Part shown: positions 12,500-24,400 of the stretch, piece after piece
Position numbering within the stretch: position 1 is the first letter of the stretch
Layout: the number at the start of each line of letters is the position of its first letter
Assembly: GCF_009914755.1 (NCBI RefSeq)
Contig: NC_060929.1
Direction: 5' to 3' (one strand)
DNA from: the human T2T-CHM13v2.0 reference genome, Homo sapiens
Length of the DNA stretch: 64,000 nt
The notes under the pieces: model-generated
Databases searched by the model: none
The model's input: only the letters and a program-made list of their open reading frames with translations
What the model was told of the DNA's origin: nothing
Made by a program: the position numbers and the translations under genes

Positions 12500-15400
12500 G
12501 TGTTGTGTGTATTCAACTCACACAGTTGAACGATCCTTTACACAGAGCAGACTTGTAACACTCTTTTTGTGGAATTTGCAAGTGGAGATTTCAGCCGCTT
12601 TGAAGTCAAAGGTAGAAAAGGAAATATCTTCCTATAAAAACTAGACAGAATGATTCTCAGAAACTCCTTTGTGATGTGTGCGTTCAACTCACAGAGTTTA
12701 ACCTTTCTTTTCATAGAGCAGTTAGGAAACACTCTGCTTGTAAAGTCTGCAAGTGGATATTCAGCCCTCTTTGAGGCCTTCGTTGGAAACGGGTTTTTTT
12801 CATATAAGGCTAGACAGAAGAATTCCCAGTAACTTCCTTGTGTTGTGTGTGTTCAACTCACAGAGTTGAACTTTCATTTACACAGAGCAGATTTGAAACA
12901 CTCTTTTTGTGGAATTTGCAAGTGGAGATTTCAAGCGCTTTGAGGCCAAAGGCAGAAAAGGAAATATCTTCGTATAAAAACTAGACAGAATCATTCTCAG
13001 AAACTGCTCTGCGATGTGTGCGTTCAACTCTCAGAGTTTAACTTTTCTTTTCATTCAGCAGTTTGGAAACACTCTGTTTGTAAAGTCTGCACGTGGATAT
13101 TTTGACCACTTAGAGGCCTTCGTTGGAAACGGGTTTTTTTCCTGTAAGGCTAGACAGAAGAATTCCCAGTAACTTCCTTGTGTTGTGTACATTCCACTCA
13201 CAGAGTTGAACGTTCCCTTAGAGCAGATTTGAAACACTCTTTTTGTGCAATTGGCAAGTGGAGATTTCAAGCGCTTTAAGGTCAATGGCAGAAAAGGAAA
13301 TATCTTCGTTTCAAAACTAGACAGAATCATTCCCAAAAACTGCGTTGTGATGTGTTCCTTCATCTCACAGAGTTTAACCTTTCTTTTCATAGAGCAGTTA
13401 GGAAACAGTCTGTTTGTAAATTCTGTAAGTGGATATTCTGACATCTTGTGGCCTTCGTTGGAAACGGGATTTCTTCATATTCTGCTAGACAGAAGAATTC
13501 TCAGAATCTTCCTTGTGTTGTGTGTATTCAACTCACAGAGTTGAACGATGGTTTACACAGAGCAGATTTGAAACACTCTTTTTGTGGAATTTGCAAGTGG
13601 AGATTTCAGCCGCTTTGAGGTCAATGGTAGAAAAGGAAATATCTTCGTATAAAAACTAGACAGAATGATTCTCAGAAACTTCTTTGTGATGTGTGCGTTC
13701 AACTCACAGAGTTTAACCTTTCTTTTCATAGAGTAGTTAGGAAACACTCTGTTTGTAAACTCTGCAAGTGGATATTCAGACCTCTTTGAGGCCTTCGTTG
13801 GAAACGGGATTTCTTCATACTGTGCTAGACAGAAGAATTCTCAGTAACTTCCTTGTGTTGTGTGTATTCAACTCACAGAGTTGACCGATCCTTTACACAG
13901 AGCAGACTTGTAACACTCTTTTTGTGGAATTTGCAAGTGGAGATTTCAGCCGCTTTGAAGTCAAAGGTAGAAAAGGGAATATCTTCCTATAAAAACTAGA
14001 CAGAATGATTCTCAGAAACTCCTTTGTGATGTGTGCGTTCAACTCACAGAGTTTAACCTTTCTTTTCATAGAGCAGTTAGGAAACACTGTGTTTCTAAAG
14101 TCTGCAAGTGGATATTCAGACCTCTTTGAGGCCTTCGTTGGAAACAGGTTTTTTTCATATAAGGCTAGAGAGAAGAATTCCCAGTAACTTCCTTGTGTTG
14201 TGTGTGTTCAACTCACAGAGTTGAACTTTCATTTACACAGAGCAGATTTGAAACACTCTTTTTGTGGAATTTGCAAGTGGAGATTTCAAGCGCTGTGAGG
14301 CCAAAGGCAGAAAAGGAAATATCTTCGTATAAAAACTAGACAGAATCATTCTCAGAAACTGCTCTGCGATGTGTGCGTTCAACTCTCAGAGTTTAACTTT
14401 TCTTTTCATTCAGCAGTTTGGAAACACTCTGTTTGTAAAGTCTGCACGTGGATAATTTGACCACTTAGAGACCTTCGTTGGAAACGGGTTTTTTTCATGT
14501 AAGGCTAGACAGAAGAATTCTCAGTAACTTCCATGTGTTGTGTGTATTCAACTCACACAGTTGAACGATCCTTTACACAGAGCAGACTTGTAACACTCTT
14601 TTTGTGGAATTTGCAAGTGGAGATTTCAGCCGCTTTGAAGTCAAATGTAGAAAAGGAAATATCTTCCTATAAAAACTAGACAGAATGATTCTCAGAAACT
14701 CCTTTGTGATGTGTGCGTTCAACTCACAGAGTTTAACCTTTCTTTTCATAGAGCAGTTAGGAAACACTCTGTTTGTAAAGTCTGCAAGTGGATATTCAGA
14801 CCTCTTTGAGGCCTTCGTTGGAAACGGGTTTTTTTCATATAAGGCTAGACAGAAGAATTCCCAGTAACTTCCTTGTGTTGTGTGTGTTCAACTCACAGAG
14901 TTGAACTTTCATTTACACAGAGCAGATTTGAAACACTCTTTTTGTGGAATTTGCAAGTGGAGATTTCAAGCGCTTTGAGGCCAAAGGCAGAAAAGGAAAT
15001 ATCTTCGTATAAAAACTAGACAGAATCATTCTCAGAAACTGCTCTGTGATGTGTGCGTTCAACTCTCAGAGTTTAACTTTTCTTTTCATTCAGCAGTTTG
15101 GAAACACTCTGTTTGTAAAGTCTGCACGTGGATAATTTGACCACTTAGAGGCCTTCGTTGGAAACGGGTTTTTTTCATGTAAGGCTAGACAGAAGAGTTC
15201 TCAGTAACTTCCTTGTGTTGTGTGTATTCAACTCACACAGTTGAACGATCCTTTACACAGAGCAGACTTGTAACACTCTTTTTGTGGAATTTGCAAGTGG
15301 AGATTTCAGCCGCTTTGAAGTCAAAGGTAGAAAAGGAAATATCTTCCTATAAAAACTAGACAGAATGATTCTCAGAAACTTCTTTGTGATGTGTGCGTTC

Positions 15401-18400
15401 AACTCACAGAGTTTAACCTTTCTTTTCATAGAGTAGTTAGGAAACACTCTGTTTGTAAACTCTGCAAGTGGATATTCAGACCTCTTTGAGGCCTTCGTTG
15501 GAAACGGGATTTCTTTATACTGTGCTAGACAGAAGAATTCTCAGTAACTTCCTTGTGTTGTGTGTATTCAACTCACAGAGTTGACCGATCCTTTACACAG
15601 AGCAGACTTGTAACACTCTTTTTGTGGAATTTGCAAGTGGAGATTTCAGCCGCTTTGAAGTCAAAGGTAGAAAAGGGAATATCTTCCTATAAAAACTAGA
15701 CAGAATGATTCTCAGAAACTCCTTTGTGATGTGTGCGTTCAACTCACAGAGTTTAACCTTTCTTTTCATAGAGCAGTTAGGAAACACTCTGTTTCTAAAG
15801 TCTGCAAGTGGATATTCAGACCTCTTTGAGGCCTTCGTTGGAAACGGGTTTTTTTCATATAAGGCTAGAGAGAAGAATTCCCAGTAACTTCCTTGTGTTG
15901 TGTGTGTTCAACTCACAGAGTTGAACTTTCATTTACACAGAGCAGATTTGAAACACTCTTTTTGTGGAATTTGCAAGTGGAGATTTCAAGCGCTGTGAGG
16001 CCAAAGGCAGAAAAGGAAATATCTTCGTATAAAAACTAGACAGAATCATTCTCAGAAACTGCTCTGCGATGTGTGCGTTCAACTCTCAGAGTTTAACTTT
16101 TCTTTTCATTCAGCAGTTTGGAAACACTCTGTTTGTAAAGTCTGCACGTGGATAATTTGACCACTTAGAGGCCTTCGTTGGAAACGGGTTTTTTTCATGT
16201 AAGGCTAGACAGAAGAATTCTCAGTAACTTCCTTGTGTTGTGTGTATTCAACTCACACAGTTGAACGATCCTTTACACAGAGCAGACTTGTAACACTCTT
16301 TTTGTGGAATTTGCAAGTGGAGATTTCAGCCGCTTTGAAGTCAAATGTAGAAAAGGAAATATCTTCCTATAAAAACTAGACAGAATGATTCTCAGAAACT
16401 CCTTTGTGATGTGTGCGTTCAACTCACAGAGTTTAACCTTTCTTTTCATAGAGCAGTTAGGAAACACTCTGTTTGTAAAGTCTGCAAGTGGATATTCAGA
16501 CCTCTTTGAGGCCTTCGTTGGAAACGGGTTTTTTTCATATAAGGCTAGACAGAAGAATTCCCAGTAACTTCCTTGTGTTGTGTGTGTTCAACTCACAGAG
16601 TTGAACTTTCATTTACACAGAGCAGATTTGAAACACTCTTTTTGTGGAATTTGCAAGTGGAGATTTCAAGCGCTTTGAGGCCAAAGGCAGAAAAGGAAAT
16701 ATCTTCGTATAAAAACTAGACAGAATCATTCTCAGAAACTGCTCTGTGATGTGTGCGTTCAACTCTCAGAGTTTAACTTTTCTTTTCATTCAGCAGTTTG
16801 GAAACACTCTGTTTGTAAAGTCTGCACGTGGATAATTTGACCACTTAGAGGCCTTCGTTGGAAACGGGTTTTTTTCATGTAAGGCTAGACAGAAGAGTTC
16901 TCAGTAACTTCCTTGTGTTGTGTGTATTCAACTCACACAGTTGAACGATCCTTTACACAGAGTAGACTTGTAACACTCTTTTTGTGGAATTTGCAAGTGG
17001 AGATTTCAGCCGCTTTGAAGTCAAAGTAGAAAAGGAAATATCTTCCTATAAAAACTAGACAGAATGATTCTCAGAAACTCCTTTGTGATGTGTGCGTTCA
17101 ACTCACAGAGTTTAACCTTTCTTTTCATAGAGCAGTTAGGAAACACTCTGTTTGTAAAGTCTGCAAGTGGATATTCAGACCTCTTTGAGGCCTTCGTTGG
17201 AAACGGGTTTTTTTCATATAAGGCTAGACAGAAGAATTCCCAGTAACTTCCTTGTGTTGTGTGTGTTCAACTCACAGAGTTGAACTTTCATTTACACAGA
17301 GCAGATTTGAAACACTCTTTTTGTGGAATTTGCAGGTGGAGATTTCAAGCGCTTTGAGGCCAAAGGCAGAAAAGGAAATATCTTCGTATAAAAACTAGAC
17401 AGAATCATTCTCAGAAACTGCTCTGCGATGTGTGCGTTCAACTCTCAGAGTTTAACTTTTCTTTTCATTCAGCAGTTTGGAAACACTCTGTTTGTAAAGT
17501 CTGCACGTGGATAATTTGACCACTTAGAGGCCTTCGTTGGAAACGGGTTTTTTTCATGTAAGGCTAGACAGAAGAATTCTCAGTAACTTCCTTGTGTTGT
17601 GTGTATTCAACTCACAGAGTTGAACGATCCTTTACACAGAGCAGACTTGTAACACTCTTTTTGTGGAATTTGCAAGTGGAGATTTCAGCCGCTTTGAAGT
17701 CAAAGGTAGAAAAGGAAATATCTTCCTATAAAAACTAGACAGAATGATTCTCAGAAACTCCTTTGTGATGTGTGCGTTCAACTCACAGAGTTTAACCTTT
17801 CTTTTCATAGAGCAGTTAGGAAACACTCTGCTTGTAAAGTCTGCAAGTGGATATTCAGCCCTCTTTGAGGCCTTCGTTGGAAACGGGTTTTTTTCATATA
17901 AGGCTAGACAGAAGAATTCCCAGTAACTTCCTTGTGTTGTGTGTGTTCAACTCACAGAGTTGAACTTTCATTTACACAGAGCAGATTTGAAACACTCTTT
18001 TTGTGGAATTTGCAAGTGGAGATTTCAAGCGCTTTGAGGCCAAAGGCAGAAAAGGAAATATCTTCGTATAAAAACTAGACAGAATCATTCTCAGAAACTG
18101 CTCTGCGATGTGTGCGTTCAACTCTCAGAGTTTAACTTTTCTTTTCATTCAGCAGTTTGGAAACACTCTGTTTGTAAAGTCTGCACGTGGATATTTTGAC
18201 CACTTAGAGGCCTTCGTTGGAAACGGGTTTTTTTCCTGTAAGGCTAGACAGAAGAATTCCCAGTAACTCCCTTGTGTTGTGTACATTCAACTCACAGAGT
18301 TGAACGTTCCCTTAGACAGAGCAGATTTGAAACACTCTTTTTGTGCAATTGGCAAGTGGAGATTTCAAGCGCTTTGAGGTCAATGGCAGAAAAGGAAATA

Positions 18401-21400
18401 TCTTCGTTTCAAAACTAGACAGAATCATTCCCACAAACTGCGTTGTGATGTGTTCGTTCAACTCACAGAGTTTAACCTTTCTTTTCATAGAGCAGTTAGG
18501 AAACAGTCTGTTTGAAAATTCTGTAAGTGGATATTCTGACATCTTGTGGCCTTCGTTGGAAACGGGATTTCTTCATATTCTGCTAGACAGAAGAATTCTC
18601 AGAATCTTCCTTGTGTTGTGTGTATTCAACTCACACAGTTGAACGATCCTTTACACAGAGCAGACTTGTAACACTCTTTTTGTGGAATTTGCAAGTGGAG
18701 ATTTCAGCCGCTTTGAAGTCAAAGGTAGAAAAGGAAATATCTTCCTATAAAAACTAGACAGAATGATTCTCAGAAACTCCTTTGTGATGTGTGCGTTCAA
18801 CTCACAGAGTTTAACCTTTCTTTTCATAGAGCAGTTAGGAAACACTCTGCTTGTAAAGTCTGCAAGTGGATATTCAGCCCTCTTTGAGGCCTTCGTTGGA
18901 AACGGGTTTTTTTCATATAAGGCTAGACAGAAGAATTCCCAGTAACTTCCTTGTGTTGTGTGTGTTCAACTCACAGAGTTGAACTTTCATTTACACAGAG
19001 CAGATTTGAAACACTCTTTTTGTGGAATTTGCAAGTGGAGATTTCAAGCGCTTTGAGGCCAAAGGCAGAAAAGGAAATATCTTCGTATAAAAACTAGACA
19101 GAATCATTCTCAGAAACTGCTCTGTGATGTGTGCGTTCAACTCTCAGAGTTTAACTTTTCTTTTCATTCAGCAGTTTGGAAACACTCTGTTTGTAAAGTC
19201 TGCACGTGGATAATTTGACCACTTAGAGGCCTTCGTTGGAAACGGGTTTTTTTCATGTAAGGCTAGACAGAAGAGTTCTCAGTAACTTCCTTGTGTTGTG
19301 TGTATTCAACTCACACAGTTGAACGATCCTTTACACAGAGTAGACTTGTAACACTCTTTTTGTGGAATTTGCAAGTGGAGATTTCAGCCGCTTTGAAGTC
19401 AAAGTAGAAAAGGAAATATCTTCCTATAAAAACTAGACAGAATGATTCTCAGAAACTCCTTTGTGATGTGTGCGTTCAACTCACAGAGTTTAACCTTTCT
19501 TTTCATAGAGCAGTTAGGAAACACTCTGTTTGTAAAGTCTGCAAGTGGATATTCAGACCTCTTTGAGGCCTTCGTTGGAAACGGGTTTTTTTCATATAAG
19601 GCTAGACAGAAGAATTCCCAGTAACTTCCTTGTGTTGTGTGTGTTCAACTCACAGAGTTGAACTTTCATTTACACAGAGCAGATTTGAAACACTCTTTTT
19701 GTGGAATTTGCAGGTGGAGATTTCAAGCGCTTTGAGGCCAAAGGCAGAAAAGGAAATATCTTCGTATAAAAACTAGACAGAATCATTCTCAGAAACTGCT
19801 CTGCGATGTGTGCGTTCAACTCTCAGAGTTTAACTTTTCTTTTCATTCAGCAGTTTGGAAACACTCTGTTTGTAAAGTCTGCACGTGGATAATTTGACCA
19901 CTTAGAGGCCTTCGTTGGAAACGGGTTTTTTTCATGTAAGGCTAGACAGAAGAATTCTCAGTAACTTCCTTGTGTTGTGTGTATTCAACTCACAGAGTTG
20001 AACGATCCTTTACACAGAGCAGACTTGTAACACTCTTTTTGTGGAATTTGCAAGTGGAGATTTCAGCCGCTTTGAAGTCAAAGGTAGAAAAGGAAATATC
20101 TTCCTATAAAAACTAGACAGAATGATTCTCAGAAACTCCTTTGTGATGTGTGCGTTCAACTCACAGAGTTTAACCTTTCTTTTCATAGAGCAGTTAGGAA
20201 ACACTCTGCTTGTAAAGTCTGCAAGTGGATATTCAGCCCTCTTTGAGGCCTTCGTTGGAAACGGGTTTTTTTCATATAAGGCTAGACAGAAGAATTCCCA
20301 GTAACTTCCTTGTGTTGTGTGTGTTCAACTCACAGAGTTGAACTTTCATTTACACAGAGCAGATTTGAAACACTCTTTTTGTGGAATTTGCAAGTGGAGA
20401 TTTCAAGCGCTTTGAGGCCAAAGGCAGAAAAGGAAATATCTTCGTATAAAAACTAGACAGAATCATTCTCAGAAACTGCTCTGCGATGTGTGCGTTCAAC
20501 TCTCAGAGTTTAACTTTTCTTTTCATTCAGCAGTTTGGAAACACTCTGTTTGTAAAGTCTGCACGTGGATATTTTGACCACTTAGAGGCCTTCGTTGGAA
20601 ACGGGTTTTTTTCCTGTAAGGCTAGACAGAAGAATTCCCAGTAACTCCCTTGTGTTGTGTACATTCAACTCACAGAGTTGAACGTTCCCTTAGACAGAGC
20701 AGATTTGAAACACTCTTTTTGTGCAATTGGCAAGTGGAGATTTCAAGCGCTTTGAGGTCAATGGCAGAAAAGGAAATATCTTCGTTTCAAAACTAGACAG
20801 AATCATTCCCACAAACTGCGTTGTGATGTGTTCGTTCAACTCACAGAGTTTAACCTTTCTTTTCATAGAGCAGTTAGGAAACAGTCTGTTTGAAAATTGT
20901 GTAAGTGGATATTCTGACATCTTGTGGCCTTCGTTGGAAACGGGATTTCTTCATATTCTGCTAGACAGAAGAATTCTCAGAATCTTCCTTGTGTTGTGTG
21001 TATTCAACTCACACAGTTGAACGATCCTTTACACAGAGCAGACTTGTAACACTCTTTTTGTGGAATTTGCAAGTGGAGATTTCAGCCGCTTTGAAGTCAA
21101 AGGTAGAAAAGGAAATATCTTCCTATAAAAACTAGACAGAATGATTCTCAGAAACTCCTTTGTGATGTGTGCGTTCAACTCACAGAGTTTAACCTTTCTT
21201 TTCATAGAGCAGTTAGGAAACACTCTGCTTGTAAAGTCTGCAAGTGGATATTCAGCCCTCTTTGAGGCCTTCGTTGGAAACGGGTTTTTTTCATATAAGG
21301 CTAGACAGAAGAATTCCCAGTAACTTCCTTGTGTTGTGTGTGTTCAACTCACAGAGTTGAACTTTGATTTACACAGAGCAGATTTGAAACACTCTTTTTG

Positions 21401-24400
21401 TGGAATTTGCAAGTGGAGATTTCAAGCGCTTTGAGGCCAAAGGCAGAAAAGGAAATATCTTCGTATAAAAACTAGACAGAATCATTCTCAGAAACTGCTC
21501 TGCGATGTGTGCGTTCAACTCTCAGAGTTTAACTTTTCTTTTCATTCAGCAGTTTGGAAACACTCTGTTTGTAAAGTCTGCACGTGGATATTTTGACCAC
21601 TTAGAGGCCTTCGTTGGAAACGGGTTTTTTTCCTGTAAGGCTAGACAGAAGAATTCCCAGTAACTTCCTTGTGTTGTGTACATTCCACTCACAGAGTTGA
21701 ACGTTCCCTTAGAGCAGATTTGAAACACTCTTTTTGTGCAATTGGCAAGTGGAGATTTCAAGCGCTTTAAGGTCAATGGCAGAAAAGGAAATATCTTCGT
21801 TTCAAAACTAGACAGAATCATTCCCAAAAACTGCGTTGTGATGTGTTCCTTCATCTCACAGAGTTTAACCTTTCTTTTCATAGAGCAGTTAGGAAACAGT
21901 CTGTTTGTAAATTCTGTAAGTGGATATTCTGACATCTTGTGGCCTTCGTTGGAAACGGGATTTCTTCATATTCTGCTAGACAGAAGAATTCTCAGAATCT
22001 TCCTTGTGTTGTGTGTATTCAACTCACAGAGTTGAACGATGGTTTACACAGAGCAGATTTGAAACACTCTTTTTGTGGAATTTGCAAGTGGAGATTTCAG
22101 CCGCTTTGAGGTCAATGGTAGAAAAGGAAATATCTTCGTATAAAAACTAGACAGAATGATTCTCAGAAACTTCTTTGTGATGTGTGCGTTCAACTCACAG
22201 AGTTTAACCTTTCTTTTCATAGAGTAGTTAGGAAACACTCTGTTTGTAAACTCTGCAAGTGGATATTCAGACCTCTTTGAGGCCTTCGTTGGAAACGGGA
22301 TTTCTTCATACTGTGCTAGACAGAAGAATTCTCAGTAACTTCCTTGTGTTGTGTGTATTCAACTCACAGAGTTGACCGATCCTTTACACAGAGCAGACTT
22401 GTAACACTCTTTTTGTGGAATTTGCAAGTGGAGATTTCAGCCGCTTTGAAGTCAAAGGTAGAAAAGGGAATATCTTCCTATAAAAACTAGACAGAATGAT
22501 TCTCAGAAACTCCTTTGTGATGTGTGCGTTCAACTCACAGAGTTTAACCTTTCTTTTCATAGAGCAGTTAGGAAACACTGTGTTTCTAAAGTCTGCAAGT
22601 GGATATTCAGACCTCTTTGAGGCCTTCGTTGGAAACGGGTTTTTTTCATATAAGGCTAGAGAGAAGAATTCCCAGTAACTTCCTTGTGTTGTGTGTGTTC
22701 AACTCACAGAGTTGAACTTTCATTTACACAGAGCAGATTTGAAACACTCTTTTTGTGGAATTTGCAAGTGGAGATTTCAAGCGCTGTGAGGCCAAAGGCA
22801 GAAAAGGAAATATCTTCGTATAAAAACTAGACAGAATCATTCTCAGAAACTGCTCTGCGATGTGTGCGTTCAACTCTCAGAGTTTAACTTTTCTTTTCAT
22901 TCAGCAGTTTGGAAACACTCTGTTTGTAAAGTCTGCACGTGGATAATTTGACCACTTAGAGACCTTCGTTGGAAACGGGTTTTTTTCATGTAAGGCTAGA
23001 CAGAAGAATTCTCAGTAACTTCCATGTGTTGTGTGTATTCAACTCACACAGTTGAACGATCCTTTACACAGAGCAGACTTGTAACACTCTTTTTGTGGAA
23101 TTTGCAAGTGGAGATTTCAGCCGCTTTGAAGTCAAATGTAGAAAAGGAAATATCTTCCTATAAAAACTAGACAGAATGATTCTCAGAAACTCCTTTGTGA
23201 TGTGTGCGTTCAACTCACAGAGTTTAACCTTTCTTTTCATAGAGCAGTTAGGAAACACTCTGTTTGTAAAGTCTGCAAGTGGATATTCAGACCTCTTTGA
23301 GGCCTTCGTTGGAAACGGGTTTTTTTCATATAAGGCTAGACAGAAGAATTCCCAGTAACTTCCTTGTGTTGTGTGTGTTCAACTCACAGAGTTGAACTTT
23401 CATTTACACAGAGCAGATTTGAAACACTCTTTTTGTGGAATTTGCAAGTGGAGATTTCAAGCGCTTTGAGGCCAAAGGCAGAAAAGGAAATATCTTCGTA
23501 TAAAAACTAGACAGAATCATTCTCAGAAACTGCTCTGTGATGTGTGCGTTCAACTCTCAGAGTTTAACTTTTCTTTTCATTCAGCAGTTTGGAAACACTC
23601 TGTTTGTAAAGTCTGCACGTGGATAATTTGACCACTTAGAGGCCTTCGTTGGAAACGGGTTTTTTTCATGTAAGGCTAGACAGAAGAGTTCTCAGTAACT
23701 TCCTTGTGTTGTGTGTATTCAACTCACACAGTTGAACGATCCTTTACACAGAGCAGACTTGTAACACTCTTTTTGTGGAATTTGCAAGTGGAGATTTCAG
23801 CCGCTTTGAAGTCAAAGGTAGAAAAGGAAATATCTTCCTATAAAAACTAGACAGAATGATTCTCAGAAACTTCTTTGTGATGTGTGCGTTCAACTCACAG
23901 AGTTTAACCTTTCTTTTCATAGAGTAGTTAGGAAACACTCTGTTTGTAAACTCTGCAAGTGGATATTCAGACCTCTTTGAGGCCTTCGTTGGAAACGGGA
24001 TTTCTTTATACTGTGCTAGACAGAAGAATTCTCAGTAACTTCCTTGTGTTGTGTGTATTCAACTCACAGAGTTGACCGATCCTTTACACAGAGCAGACTT
24101 GTAACACTCTTTTTGTGGAATTTGCAAGTGGAGATTTCAGCCGCTTTGAAGTCAAAGGTAGAAAAGGGAATATCTTCCTATAAAAACTAGACAGAATGAT
24201 TCTCAGAAACTCCTTTGTGATGTGTGCGTTCAACTCACAGAGTTTAACCTTTCTTTTCATAGAGCAGTTAGGAAACACTCTGTTTCTAAAGTCTGCAAGT
24301 GGATATTCAGACCTCTTTGAGGCCTTCGTTGGAAACGGGTTTTTTTCATATAAGGCTAGAGAGAAGAATTCCCAGTAACTTCCTTGTGTTGTGTGTGTTC

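Larger units (their letters stand above)
928..13159 (+). repeat. 4757-bp (28-monomer = 16-mer + 12-mer) super-repeat, ~2.6 tandem copies
   Basis: ORF track offsets 986/5743/10500 and 3704/8461. Private variants lie exactly 4757 bp apart (cagatagatt 5171/9928; box ttcTttgg 4627/9384). Confidence 0.92.

Noticed and set aside
13055-13444. Longest ORF (129 aa, minus strand; twin at 21546-21935)
   Set aside because: It is a fusion of two spurious frames caused by the 4-bp deletion, with no recognisable domain.
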